Source of the DNA: Thermodesulfovibrionales bacterium
GTDB taxonomy: Bacteria; Nitrospirota; Thermodesulfovibrionia; Thermodesulfovibrionales; SM23-35
Assembly: GCA_963715195.1 (NCBI GenBank)
Contig: CAVQRT010000035.1
Coordinates: 1 to 63,325 of the forward strand
Length of the DNA stretch: 63,325 nucleotides
Reading direction: 5' to 3'
Below, piece by piece: positions 32,663-43,337 of this stretch. Made by a program: the position numbers and the translations under genes. A model generated the notes under the pieces. That model worked only from the letters and a program-made list of their open reading frames with translations. It searched no databases and was not told the DNA's origin. Numbering within the stretch: the first letter of the stretch is position 1; every line of letters begins with the position of its first letter.

Positions 32663-32902
32663 GATCCCCCTCCGTAAAGGATAATTTTGATTTCCAATGT
32701 TATCACAGAAACTCTTTGACGGGCAATGATCATTCTCTCATCGGTACTGCCGCGCATTCAGAAATAATATTCGTGTACACTATCGCGGGGCTGGATAGCG
32801 TTCATTCCATTCGGATACATAAAAGCAGGGCATTACGCGGCAAAATACACATGGAATTGGTAACAAGTTGGGAAAAAGTCCTTTGCGGATATAATCCCGC
32901 GC

Positions 32903-34330
32903 TCAGAAGCCTGCGACTGCTGCTTTCGCAAAACCGAGGAGATACGACGGAAAAATACCGATAAAAAGAACGGCGACAACCGCGATCCCGAGAGCGACGT
33001 TTGTCGATGCGGATGTGGTCAGCGTGACATCTCTCTTAGGATCCCTCATATACATATACATGACGATCCTGAGATAGAAGAATGCCGAGATTGCACTGAA
33101 AATTACTGCAATGACGACGAGCCACGTATAACCTGCGTTTATTGCGCCAAGGAAGAGATAGAGCTTACCGATAAAACCGGCCGTAGGAGGAATGCCTGTC
33201 AGGGAAAACATAAAAATCAGCATAAGCACCGCTGCGAGAGGATGCTGTTTCGAAAGACCCTGATAGTCATCGATATCCTCACCCCTGAATCCTTCACTCC
33301 GGAGCATGGTGATAACCCCGAAGGCACCTATGTTCATGAACGCGTAGATCATCATGTAGTTCATCATGCTTGCGATCCCGTCCTGATTTGCAACAATAAT
33401 CCCGAGAAGGGCATATCCTGCATGGGCAATCGAAGAGTATGCAAGCATCCTCTTGATGTTCGACTGTGAGAGTGCAACGATGTTCCCGACACCCATGGTG
33501 AGGATCGAAAGGACAATCAGAATAGTCTGCCAGTCAACCTTCACAGAAGCAAATGCAATGATGAAGACCCTGCCGAGGACCGCAAATCCGGCTGCCTTCG
33601 GACCGACTGACATGAACGCGGTGATTGAAGTAGGAGCGCCTTCATACACGTCAGGGGCCCACATATGGAATGGTACAAGTGCGATCTTGAACCCGAATGC
33701 CACAATGAGGAACATTGCCGAAAGGAGCAATGACGGATTACCTGCAAGACCGTTCTCCGCGATATAAGAAGCGATATGCTGAAGGTTTGTCGTCCCGGTA
33801 AGGCCGTAGACAATCGAAATGCCATAGAGCAGGAATCCAGAGGAAAATGCCCCGAGAAGGAAATATTTCAGTGCCGCTTCGCTGGACCTTCCGTCATGCC
33901 TGATAAACCCTGCAAGCACATAGGTGCTCAACGCCATGAGTTCAAGCCCCAGGTAGAGCACAATCAGGTCGCCGGCAGATGCCATGAGCATCATCCCTAT
34001 CGTCGAGAAGAGAATCAGGCTGTAATACTCACCGTAATTCACCTTTTCGACAATTATATACTTCATCGAGATGAGTACGGAGAGGACGACATTCACAAGA
34101 AAAATGATCTTGAAGAAAGTGCTGTACCCGTCAGCAATGAACATTCCCCCGAATGTCTCGCCGGACGAACCGATGAGCGAATATGCAACAACGCACACAG
34201 ATGCGATACTCATGAGCGCAACGATCTCTTTTCTCTTTATCAGCAGGTCTGCAAGTAATATGATGAGGGCGAGTCCCGTCAGGACAAGCTCAGGCATCAA
34301 GGGGCTGAGGTCGGGAAGCTGGAAGTTCAT
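32903..34330 (-). CDS. nuoN: NADH-quinone oxidoreductase subunit N
   Basis: EA.LKYF, FK…VPFH.WAPDVYEGAP, KRMLAYSSI.H. Confidence 0.95.
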   Translation of the reverse strand: MNFQLPDLSPLMPELVLTGLALIILLADLLIKRKEIVALMSIASVCVVAYSLIGSSGETFGGMFIADGYSTFFKIIFLVNVVLSVLISMKYIIVEKVNYGEYYSLILFSTIGMMLMASAGDLIVLYLGLELMALSTYVLAGFIRHDGRSSEAALKYFLLGAFSSGFLLYGISIVYGLTGTTNLQHIASYIAENGLAGNPSLLLSAMFLIVAFGFKIALVPFHMWAPDVYEGAPTSITAFMSVGPKAAGFAVLGRVFIIAFASVKVDWQTILIVLSILTMGVGNIVALSQSNIKRMLAYSSIAHAGYALLGIIVANQDGIASMMNYMMIYAFMNIGAFGVITMLRSEGFRGEDIDDYQGLSKQHPLAAVLMLIFMFSLTGIPPTAGFIGKLYLFLGAINAGYTWLVVIAVIFSAISAFFYLRIVMYMYMRDPKRDVTLTTSASTNVALGIAVVAVLFIGIFPSYLLGFAKAAVAGF

Positions 34331-35874
34331 TTCAACACTACCTCCATGATTGCTTTTGCGATATTCACTTCCTGCACACCGCTTCCTGTGGTCACCCTCT
34401 CAAGGAGATGCTCAACAGATACATGCATAAAGCTGAGGAGTGCATTCGGATACACGCCGATCCAGAAGACAAGAAAAAGCATAGGAAGAAGAGTGATCAT
34501 TTCCCTGATATCCATGTCAGGCAGGCCGATCACCTTCTTGTTTATCTCCGTGAAAAACACCCTCTGGTAGAGCAGGAGCATATAGGCCGCACCGATGATC
34601 ACACCGGTTGCCGCGAGTACCCCGACCAGCTTGTTCGCAGTGAATCCACCGAGCAGGATGAGAAACTCTCCGATAAAACCGTTTGTTGCGGGGAGACCGA
34701 TGGATGCCATGGTAAATACCATGAAGAACGCGGCATACATTGGCATCACGGTCGCTAGGCCTCCGTAATCTGCAATTTTCCTTGTATGCGTTCTCTCATA
34801 GACGATTCCTACCGAAAGGAAGAGAGCACCTGTCACCACCCCGTGGTTGATCATCTGGAGGATTCCTCCTTCCATACCCTGGCTGTTCAGTGCAAAAATA
34901 CCGAGTGTCACAAATCCCATGTGACTGACAGAACTGTATGCAATAAGTCTCTTAAGGTCTGTCTGGCCAAGGCATATGACCGCACCGTAGATGATCGCGA
35001 TAACTGACAGGGTAAGCATCACCGGTGTCATGGCGACTGAGGCTTCCGGGAAGAGCGGCAGAGAGAATCTCAGGAATCCGTATGCGCCCATCTTGATAAG
35101 TATGGCGGCAAGGATGACACTTCCTGCGGTTGGCGCTTCTGTGTGTGCATCGGGAAGCCATGTATGGACAGGCCACATCGGCACCTTCACCGCAAACGCA
35201 GCGAAGAATGCCCAGAATAACCACATCTGCATTGTGTAGGGATAAGATTTTGTCATAAGTTCAAGTATGCTAAACGTCTTTCCGGCATAAAGATAGAGCA
35301 TGATGATACCGATAAGCATCAGGAGACTCCCGACGAGAGTATACAGGAAGAATTTTATCGCGGCATACACCCTGTTGGGCCCTCCCCATACGCCGATGAT
35401 GAGGAACATGGGGATAAGCATTGCCTCCCAGAATATGTAGAACAGGAAAAAGTCGAGCGAACAGAAGACCCCGATCATCGCTGCGGTCGTGAGGAGTATG
35501 GATATATAGAATTCCTTTACTTTTGTCTTGATGGAGTTCCACGAAATAAGCACACAGAGGATCGCCGTAAGAGAGGAAAGGAGCACGAAGAGTACGCTGA
35601 TACCGTCGACCCCAAGGAAATAATTCACATTCCACTGCGATATCCACGGATGTTTCTCGACGAACTGCATTTTATGGGTGGTCTTGTCAAAATTGAGGAA
35701 AAGCGGCAATGCAAAGAGCAGCGTCGCTGAACTGGTAATCAGCGCAATCCATTTTGTAAGGAGTTCCCATCCTCTCCTGTTGATAAGAATCAGAAGGGCA
35801 CCGAGAACAGGCAGGAATATCAACGTCGAGAGTATCGGGTATCCAAGTTGATTCATTATGACCTGTTCTTCCAT
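34327..35874 (-). CDS. nuoM: NADH-quinone oxidoreductase subunit M
   Basis: FWEAMLIP, VKVP..P.HTWLPDAH.EAP, LIAYSSVSHMG. Confidence 0.95.
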   Translation of the reverse strand: MEEQVIMNQLGYPILSTLIFLPVLGALLILINRRGWELLTKWIALITSSATLLFALPLFLNFDKTTHKMQFVEKHPWISQWNVNYFLGVDGISVLFVLLSSLTAILCVLISWNSIKTKVKEFYISILLTTAAMIGVFCSLDFFLFYIFWEAMLIPMFLIIGVWGGPNRVYAAIKFFLYTLVGSLLMLIGIIMLYLYAGKTFSILELMTKSYPYTMQMWLFWAFFAAFAVKVPMWPVHTWLPDAHTEAPTAGSVILAAILIKMGAYGFLRFSLPLFPEASVAMTPVMLTLSVIAIIYGAVICLGQTDLKRLIAYSSVSHMGFVTLGIFALNSQGMEGGILQMINHGVVTGALFLSVGIVYERTHTRKIADYGGLATVMPMYAAFFMVFTMASIGLPATNGFIGEFLILLGGFTANKLVGVLAATGVIIGAAYMLLLYQRVFFTEINKKVIGLPDMDIREMITLLPMLFLVFWIGVYPNALLSFMHVSVEHLLERVTTGSGVQEVNIAKAIMEVVLK

Positions 35875-35894
35875 ATTTCTCCTCTAACTGTTTT

Positions 35895-37838
35895 TTACGA
35901 ACGCCACAAAAGGACATACAGGAGAATAAATACAGCCCCTGCAGCCATAAAAATGCCGTAGTGATGCGCAAGGCCGGTCTGAATCCTCCTCAGCTTTCCG
36001 CTGAAACTTCCGATCAGGCCAGGCACCCCGTTCACAACTCCTTCTATGATCTTTGCATCCGTGAATCCGACGAGAATCTTCCTCGCCACCCACATGGTAG
36101 GCTTCACGAGGATAATGTTGTACAGTTCGTCAACATAATATTTGTTATAAAGTATCAGATAAAAGAGATTGTAACTCTTTCCCATCCTGACGGGGATGTG
36201 TGTCTTTTTAAGATAGAATATAAAGGCGAGTATAAGACCAATAAATGCAATTGTGGTGGACAGGCTCATAATTCCGAGTTCCTGTGCATGAGTCCCGTGA
36301 AATTGAGGGTGTCCGACCACCGGCTCCAGGAAATGGGCGAAATGGGCACCCCCACCAAGTACCGGGGGAATACCGATCCAGCCGCATGCAACCGCACCAA
36401 TCGCAAGTATCATCAGGGGAATTGTCATCACCTTCGGCGATTCGTGGAGGTGATGTTCTTCATGGTGCGTACCCCTGAATTTACTGTGAAAGGTGAGGAA
36501 CATCAGCCTGAATGTATAGAACGGGGTAAAAAACGCGATACTGGTCATCAGCAGCCATACAAAAGTCCCGACCCCGCTGTGGGCGGCAAATGAAGACCAG
36601 ACAATCTCGTCCTTGCTGAAAAATCCGGCAAACCCCGGGATACCTCCCGCGCTGAGCGCTGCGAGCAGCATGGTAATGTATGTGACAGGCATATACTTCT
36701 TGAGCCCTCCCATCCTCTGCACGTCATTATGTCCGACCGCATGGATGACACTCCCCGCCCCGAGGAAGAGCAATGCCTTAAAGAACGCATGCGTATAAAG
36801 GTGGAACACTCCGGCTGCGAATGCCCCTACCCCGCACGCAACGAACATCATCCCGAGATGGCTAAGCGTCGAATACGCGATGATCCTCTTGATGTCATTC
36901 TGCACGCAGGCGATTGTTGCAGCAAATACCGACGTGACCGCTCCGACCACGGCCACCATGTTCATCGTAAACGGTGCAAGCACAAAAAGGGAATTGCAAC
37001 GCGCAACGAGGAATACACCGGCGGTTACCATGGTTGCCGCGTGTATGAGTGCACTGACCGGTGTCGGGCCTTCCATCGCATCAGGGAGCCACACATGCAA
37101 GGGTATCTGGGCTGATTTACCGACTGCGCCGCAGAAAAGAAGGACGGTAATCAGGGTAATCAAATCAACGTCATACCCCAGGAAATTAACTCTGTGCCCA
37201 ACAAAATCCTTGACGCCCTCAAAAACCGGCGCATAGTGTATCGTTCCGAAAGTGAGGAATATCATGAAAATCCCGAGTGCGAACCCGAAATCGCCGAACC
37301 TGTTCACGATGAATGCCTTTTTCCCTGCGTCGGCTGCTGACTTCTTCTCGTACCAGAAGCCGATGAGGAAATACGAGCAGACACCGACACCCTCCCAGCC
37401 GAAATAGAGCTGCAGGAAGTTGTTCGAAGTGACGAGCATCAGCATCGAAAACATAAACAGACTGAGATAGGCGAAAAACCGGTAGTATCCCTTGTCACCA
37501 TGCATGTAGCCTATCGAATAGATATGAATAAGCGTACTGATGGCTGTGACGACAATGAGCATGACCGCGGAGAGCTGGTCAATCAGAAAACCGACCGATA
37601 CATGAAAATTACCTGACACGATCCAGGTGTAGAGGTCTTCATTGATTATCATGCCCCCGAGCACATCAAAAAGGGCTATGACCGATACAATGAATGAACC
37701 GATAATCGCAAGGCATGAAGGCCAGTGGGCCTTCGTCCGCAAAATCTCCTTTCCAAGGAGGATGTTGATTATGAAGGCCGCAAGCGGCAAAAACGGTATC
37801 AATAAATATAATTTCATCAGTTCAGGCCCTGTGCCCAT
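35895..37838 (-). CDS. nuoL: NADH-quinone oxidoreductase subunit L
   Basis: GKSAQIPLHVWLPDAMEGPTPVSALIHAATMV, HAFFKALLF. Confidence 0.95.
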   Translation of the reverse strand: MGTGPELMKLYLLIPFLPLAAFIINILLGKEILRTKAHWPSCLAIIGSFIVSVIALFDVLGGMIINEDLYTWIVSGNFHVSVGFLIDQLSAVMLIVVTAISTLIHIYSIGYMHGDKGYYRFFAYLSLFMFSMLMLVTSNNFLQLYFGWEGVGVCSYFLIGFWYEKKSAADAGKKAFIVNRFGDFGFALGIFMIFLTFGTIHYAPVFEGVKDFVGHRVNFLGYDVDLITLITVLLFCGAVGKSAQIPLHVWLPDAMEGPTPVSALIHAATMVTAGVFLVARCNSLFVLAPFTMNMVAVVGAVTSVFAATIACVQNDIKRIIAYSTLSHLGMMFVACGVGAFAAGVFHLYTHAFFKALLFLGAGSVIHAVGHNDVQRMGGLKKYMPVTYITMLLAALSAGGIPGFAGFFSKDEIVWSSFAAHSGVGTFVWLLMTSIAFFTPFYTFRLMFLTFHSKFRGTHHEEHHLHESPKVMTIPLMILAIGAVACGWIGIPPVLGGGAHFAHFLEPVVGHPQFHGTHAQELGIMSLSTTIAFIGLILAFIFYLKKTHIPVRMGKSYNLFYLILYNKYYVDELYNIILVKPTMWVARKILVGFTDAKIIEGVVNGVPGLIGSFSGKLRRIQTGLAHHYGIFMAAGAVFILLYVLLWRS

Positions 37839-37857
37839 TCATAGAGTGTGTACAAAA

Positions 37858-38160
37858 TCATCCTTTTAGCCCTTTCGCCTCGTCCACATGTGCGGTTGCC
37901 CTGTTCCTGAAGAAGGCTATGACGATCGCCAATCCTATGGCTGCCTCGGCTGCTGCGACCGCGATCACAAAAAATGCGAGTATCTGCCCCCTCACGTCCT
38001 GCATGTAATGGCTCATTGCAATAAGATTGATGTTCACCGCATTCAGCATTAGCTCTATCGACATGAACATCAGAATGATATTCTTCCTTGTGAGAAAGCC
38101 GAACACCCCGATGGTAAATACCGCGAGACTGAGTACCATGTACCAGCTTAAAGGAACCAT
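37858..38160 (-). CDS. nuoK: NADH-quinone oxidoreductase subunit K
   Basis: SIELMLNAVN, AAAEAAIGLA. Confidence 0.95.
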   Translation of the reverse strand: MVPLSWYMVLSLAVFTIGVFGFLTRKNIILMFMSIELMLNAVNINLIAMSHYMQDVRGQILAFFVIAVAAAEAAIGLAIVIAFFRNRATAHVDEAKGLKG

Positions 38161-38163
38161 ATA

Positions 38164-38675
38164 TTAACTTTTCAGCCTCCTCTTCGCAAGGACTATTGCA
38201 CCGATAATCGCCACAAGGAGGACCAGCGATGCGATCTCAAACGGGAAAAGATATTCTGTATATAAAACCTTTCCAATCACTTTTGTATGGGTCTCCTGCT
38301 GAATGAGGTCGATCGAGTAGTTCCCTGCGGCGCGAGGATAAACGACCTCAGCGAGAGAATGACAAGCACGAAAAGAGCAACGGCAAACGTGAACCCGGCC
38401 GACCAGGCCCCGATGAACCGCCCGATAGTGAGTTCCTCTCTGAGGTTCATCAGGAGCACGACAAAGAGAAACAGCACGAGGATGCCTCCTGCGTAGACAA
38501 TCAGCTGTACCGCGGCCATGAACTCGGCATTCAGGAAGAGATAGAGGCTCGCGATATGGAAAAACAGGAGCAGCATCCAGAGCAGGCTGTGTACCGGATT
38601 CTTCCGGGTGACTACCACCAGCGAAAGAGCGACGATCGCAAAGGCGAAATACGCAAAAAAGAGTTCAGGAATCAT
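38164..38675 (-). CDS. nuoJ: NADH-quinone oxidoreductase subunit J (frameshift near 38320)
   Basis: NPVHS, AEF.AAVQ..VYAGG..VLFLFV; C-terminal FPFEIAS.VLLVA..GA. Confidence 0.93.
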
Positions 38676-39199
38676 GCGTCTTTCCCCCTCGGCTGATTTG
38701 CAGGTGTCTCAAAGTCCTCAGACATAGGCCTCCAGAACTTTTTGAAATAATACTCGCCCTTGTTCCCCGGCATGTACTTGTCCCAGTTTGCAAGCAGCTT
38801 TTCCTTATTCATAAGAAGCCGTTCCTTCGCGTATTCAGAATATTCATAGTTCTCTGTGAGGACAATCGCCCCGTACGGACATGCCTCCACGCAGAACCCG
38901 CAGTAGATGCATCTCAATACCTCAATCTCATATCCGGTCACCTGCCCCTTTGACCTTGTCACCTTGATGCACTGCGCCGGACAGATCGTTGCGCAGAGAC
39001 CGCACCCGACACACTTTGCTTGCCCGGTAGCCTGGTTCTTTGCGAGGGCATGCTGTCCCCTGAATCCTGCAGCGATCTTCCTTCTTTCCTTGGGGTACTG
39101 AATAGTGACAGGACGGGAAAACAGCCTGCTCAGGGTAAGGGCCATTCCCTGGAGAATCTCGATGAAAAAGACCTTTTTGACAAGTTGCCTGACAGTCAC
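38672..39199 (-). CDS. nuoI: NADH-quinone oxidoreductase subunit I
   Basis: T.QYP, FRG.H, CVGCGLCATICP and CIYCGFCVEACP. Confidence 0.95.
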   Translation of the reverse strand: MTVRQLVKKVFFIEILQGMALTLSRLFSRPVTIQYPKERRKIAAGFRGQHALAKNQATGQAKCVGCGLCATICPAQCIKVTRSKGQVTGYEIEVLRCIYCGFCVEACPYGAIVLTENYEYSEYAKERLLMNKEKLLANWDKYMPGNKGEYYFKKFWRPMSEDFETPANQPRGKDA

Positions 39200-39210
39200 C
39201 TATTTGCTCC

Positions 39211-40272
39211 TTACCATATGATTTTCACCAGTCCTGTGATAAGTATGTTCGCGAGTGCGACCGGAATGAGCACCTTCCACCCTATCGCCATCACCTGGTC
39301 ATACCTGTACCTCGGCAGCGTCGCGCGTATCCAGTAGTAGAAGAATATGAATGCATACACCTTCATGAGGAACCACACTATCCCAGGCACATGGGAAAGG
39401 AAGGGGAATACCTTGAGCACGTACCATGGCAGTGTCCAGCCACCGAGAAAACAGACTGCGGAAAGTGAGGCAATAATGAACATTGCAATATATTCGCCGA
39501 GGAAGAAGAGCGCGAACCTGAACCCGCTGTACTCAGTAAAGTATCCCGCAACGAGTTCGCTCTCTGCCTCCGGCATGTCGAACGGGGTTCTGTTCGTCTC
39601 CGCAACCGCAGAGATGGTAAAGACGACAAACGCAACGAACTGGGGTATGGCGTACACCCCGAAGACAGACTGTTCCTGCATCCTGACGATCTCTCCAAGA
39701 TTCAGCGACCCCGCCATGATCATCACCCCGACTAGACTCAGTCCCATCGCAATCTCATAACTGATGACCTGCGCAGAGGACCTGAGTCCGCCGAGGAAGG
39801 CGTACTTGGAGTTCGATGCCCAGCCTGCAATAAACACCCCGTAGACACCGATACCGGCAATGGCAAAGAGAAATAAAAGACCGATATTAAGGTCGGCAAT
39901 CACAAAATTCTCTGCAAACGGGATCACGGAAAGATTGACCATTGCCGATGCCATGAAAATGACCGGCGCAAGATAAAAGACTGCCTTATCCGCCTGTGCC
40001 GGGATGATATCTTCCTTGAAAAAGAGCTTGAGCCCGTCAGCAAAAGGCTGCAGGAGCCCGTGCGGGCCGACCCTCATAGGGCCCATCCTTACCTGCATAT
40101 GACCGATTACCTTGCGCTCGAAATATGTTGCATATGCAACGTGCAGCAACCCCACTGCGAGGACAACCGCAATCTTCACTATAATAATGATGACGTCGAT
40201 GCTGAACTGAATCACTGCACCCAGGGCTGCAGGCGGCATGAGGTTATTTAATATGCCGTTCAATGTATCCAT
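39211..40272 (-). CDS. nuoH: NADH-quinone oxidoreductase subunit H
   Basis: ERK…MQ.R.GP, LLQP.ADGLKL..KE, ETNRTPFD.PEAESEL..G. Confidence 0.96.
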   Translation of the reverse strand: MDTLNGILNNLMPPAALGAVIQFSIDVIIIIVKIAVVLAVGLLHVAYATYFERKVIGHMQVRMGPMRVGPHGLLQPFADGLKLFFKEDIIPAQADKAVFYLAPVIFMASAMVNLSVIPFAENFVIADLNIGLLFLFAIAGIGVYGVFIAGWASNSKYAFLGGLRSSAQVISYEIAMGLSLVGVMIMAGSLNLGEIVRMQEQSVFGVYAIPQFVAFVVFTISAVAETNRTPFDMPEAESELVAGYFTEYSGFRFALFFLGEYIAMFIIASLSAVCFLGGWTLPWYVLKVFPFLSHVPGIVWFLMKVYAFIFFYYWIRATLPRYRYDQVMAIGWKVLIPVALANILITGLVKIIW

Positions 40273-40275
40273 TGG

Positions 40276-41740
40276 CTATCTATCGCACTCTCCAAGCACA
40301 ATATCGATTGTACCGATGTTCGCAATGACGTCGGCAACCAGATGTCCCTTGCAGAGCCGGGGCAATACGCCTGCGTGGATAAAAGACGGCGCTCTCACCC
40401 TCATTCTGTAAGGCTTTCCTGTTCCGTCGCTCACGAAATAGAATCCGAGTTCCCCTTTCGGGACTTCGGTTGCAACATAGACGTCCCCTGCCGGCGCCTT
40501 CGGACCTTTCTTTATAAACGTAAAGTGTTCGACAAGGTGCTGCTGGGCCGTCTTCATCTCCTCCGAAAGCTCGGCTTTGGACATTTCGACCAGCTTGTCC
40601 TCGGGCTGTCCTTTTCCGCCCGGCACTATTTTCATTGCCTTGAACTTGCATGTGACAAAGCAGGTTGCACAGTTCAGGCAGAGGCTTTGATCGATCTTGT
40701 GCGGCTTTTTCTTCTCCCCAGTGATTGCCTTTGCAGGGCATGCCCTGAGACACATGCCGCATCCCTTGCACGCTTTCTCATCCACAAGGTACGCCACGTC
40801 CTTCATCGGATGTGTAATCGCCATCATCTTGTCTTTCGGCTGGAGTACGAATTTGGGTGCATCGGCCATTATCGGTCCGGGAGGCAGCTTGTCAATGACA
40901 CTGCCTTATGATGCTGTTTGACTCTCTCATCTCGAGCATTCTGCAGCGGTAACGGTCATACGTATCTCCCTTGGTGCCGATCGGAACACTGAACTCGACC
41001 TGGTCGTACGCGTCATATGGCATGTGTTTCCTTATATCATATGAGACTCCCGACCCCCTCAACGTGGGCCCGGTCATTCCCCAGCTCACCGCTTCTTCAG
41101 CCGAGATCACCCCGATATCAACCGTCCTCTTCAGCCAGATCCTGTTCTGGTCGATCAGGGTTTCATATTCAAGTATCCTTGAAGGGAACTCATCGGTAAA
41201 CTTCCAGACACTATCGATGAATTCCTGCGAGATATCGTTCCTCACCCCGCCTATCCTCGGGTAGGTGACGGTGAGCCGCGCTCCGCAGATATTCTCATAC
41301 AAGTCGAGAATCCATTCCCTCTCTCTGAAACAATAAAGGAAATACCGTCATCGCCCCTATGTCGAGCGCATGGGTTGCGAGCCAGAGAAGGTGGTTTGCA
41401 ATCCTTGACAGTTCACCGAGGATCGTCCGTATGAACTTAGCCCTCTCGGGGGCCTCTATCCCGTAAAGTTTTTCGACCGCAAGGACATACCCGATATTGT
41501 TTGACATCGCTGACACATAATCCATCCTGTCAGTAAGAGGAAGGGCCTGGAAGTAACTGAGGCTCTCCCCTGAGCTTCTCAATCCCCCTGTGGAGATATC
41601 CGACGTAGGGGGTCACATTCACGATCACTTCTCCATCAAGGTCGAGCACAAGGCGCAAAACACCGTGTGTAGCCGGATGCTGCGGCCCCATGTTTACATT
41701 CAGCTCTCTCTGTTTCGAATATCTTCTCTAACTGCTCCAT
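40276..41740 (-). CDS. nuoD: NADH-quinone oxidoreductase subunit D with an inserted 2x[4Fe-4S] ferredoxin domain (frameshifts in the 5' part)
   Basis: [37 protein letters not shown]-terminal DIVLGECDR; insert [12 protein letters not shown]…[12 protein letters not shown]. Confidence 0.92.
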
Positions 41741-41741
41741 A

Positions 41742-42330
41742 TTATCCTTCCCACTCGAACTCTTTCAGTTCCTCAGACCTCTTGAGCGTGTCGGTAAATC
41801 CTGGCCAGTCCTGCTCCAACGGAGGACCTGCGAGGGGGTAGTCTTTTCTCAGGGGATGCCCTTCCCAATCCTCCGGCATAAGGATTCTCCTGAGATCAGG
41901 ATGGCCGGTGAATTGAATGCCAAACATATCGAAACACTCACGCTCATGCCAGTTGGCACCCGCCCAGAGGGGGACGACCGACCTGATGGCCGGGTCTCTC
42001 TGGCACCTGTGCCTTCAGGCGCAGACTGTGGCGATAGCGTATGGAATAAATATTATAGACGACTTCAAACCGCGGTTCCTTTTTTCCGCGCCAGTCGACC
42101 GCGGTGAGATCCTGGAGATGGTCAAACAGCAGATGGGGATCGTCATGAAGAAATCTGCAGATATCGAGGATTCTCCCGCGCTTCAGGATCACCGAGACCT
42201 GGCCCATCGTCTCTGTGACTTCGACCACTTCTTCAGGGAAATTCTCCTTGATCTTTTCCGCAATTTCGTTCGGATCAATGCTTGCCGGGGGAAGCGAGAG
42301 TCTTAATGACGTTACCGCCATGGGCTCCAC
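41742..42330 (-). CDS. nuoC: NADH-quinone oxidoreductase subunit C (frameshifted)
   Basis: [44 protein letters not shown]. Confidence 0.92.
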
Positions 42331-42830
42331 CTCGCTTTTTCGTTTCTGATTTTCTCCTGAAGCATCATCATACCCTCCAAGAGTGTTTCAGGCCTGGGCG
42401 GGCAGCCCGGGACGTATACATCTACAGGGAGGAATGTATCGCATCCCTGAACCGTGCTGTATGTCCTGAATACCCCGCCGGTACACGCACAGCTTCCCAT
42501 CGCGACTACATACCTCGGCTCGGGAATCTGGTCATATACCCGTCTTACCACAGGGGCCATCTTTTTTGTCACCGTACCGGCGACAATCACACAGTCCGCC
42601 TGCCTGGGGGACCCCCTGAATATTATCCCGAACCGGTCAAAATCGTAGTGAGCCGCACCTACCGCCATCATTTCGATCGCGCAGCAGGCAAGCCCGAATG
42701 TGGTTGGCCATATCGAAGACAGTCTTCCCCAGTTGATGACCTTGTCGAATGTCGTGATGATTACGTTCGGAGGCAATATCCTGGTGTCTTCTTCTACCTG
42801 TATAAGTCCGACTGTCGATGTGTCAAGCAC
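42312..42830 (-). CDS. nuoB: NADH-quinone oxidoreductase subunit B
   Basis: [32 protein letters not shown]. Confidence 0.96.
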   Translation of the reverse strand: MLDTSTVGLIQVEEDTRILPPNVIITTFDKVINWGRLSSIWPTTFGLACCAIEMMAVGAAHYDFDRFGIIFRGSPRQADCVIVAGTVTKKMAPVVRRVYDQIPEPRYVVAMGSCACTGGVFRTYSTVQGCDTFLPVDVYVPGCPPRPETLLEGMMMLQEKIRNEKARWSPWR

Positions 42831-42859
42831 CTTCTTCTACCCTCCGTTTTCCATGAAGG

Positions 42860-43231
42860 TTAATCCCATTGAAACGCCTCTTTTTTCCATGCATAGAGGT
42901 AGCCGATCAAAAGGATCACTATAAAGATAACCATTTCTATAAAGGCATAAATGCCGATCTTGTCGAAAACTATAGCCCAGGGATAAAGGAATATTGCTTC
43001 CACGTCGAAGACGACGAAGAGCATGGCAATGATATAGAACCTTATCGAGAATCTGTAGCGTGGTTCTCCTGTCGGGGTAATGCCTGATTCGTATGGCATG
43101 AGCTTTTCAAAATAGGGTTTTTTCAGTCTGAAGATCATGCCGATAAGTAGTGCACCGAGACCGAATGCCGATGCAATCAAAATGAAGATAAGAACCGGTA
43201 AATATTCTGATGGCAAATATGTTCCAGGCAT
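42860..43231 (-). CDS. nuoA: NADH-quinone oxidoreductase subunit A
   Basis: K..PYESG, FY..AMLF..FDVE..FLYPWA. Confidence 0.96.
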   Translation of the reverse strand: MPGTYLPSEYLPVLIFILIASAFGLGALLIGMIFRLKKPYFEKLMPYESGITPTGEPRYRFSIRFYIIAMLFVVFDVEAIFLYPWAIVFDKIGIYAFIEMVIFIVILLIGYLYAWKKEAFQWD

Positions 43232-43241
43232 AAGCGCTTAT

Positions 43242-43271
43242 GTTATACTGAATAGCGCCACCTCTTGTCAA
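43242..43271 (-). promoter_or_regulatory. Sigma70-type promoter of the nuo operon
   Basis: TTGACA-18nt-TATAAC ending 10 nt before the nuoA ATG. Confidence 0.6.
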
Positions 43272-43337
43272 GTAAAAATTTTTCGGATATTCGCGAAAGG
43301 CTGAAAATGGACAGGGGTATCTTAAAAAGGGGGTTTT

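Noticed and set aside
40276..42830. Group 4 NiFe hydrogenase
   Set aside because: The large subunit lacks both CxxC nickel motifs and has the complex I quinone-site His/Tyr motifs
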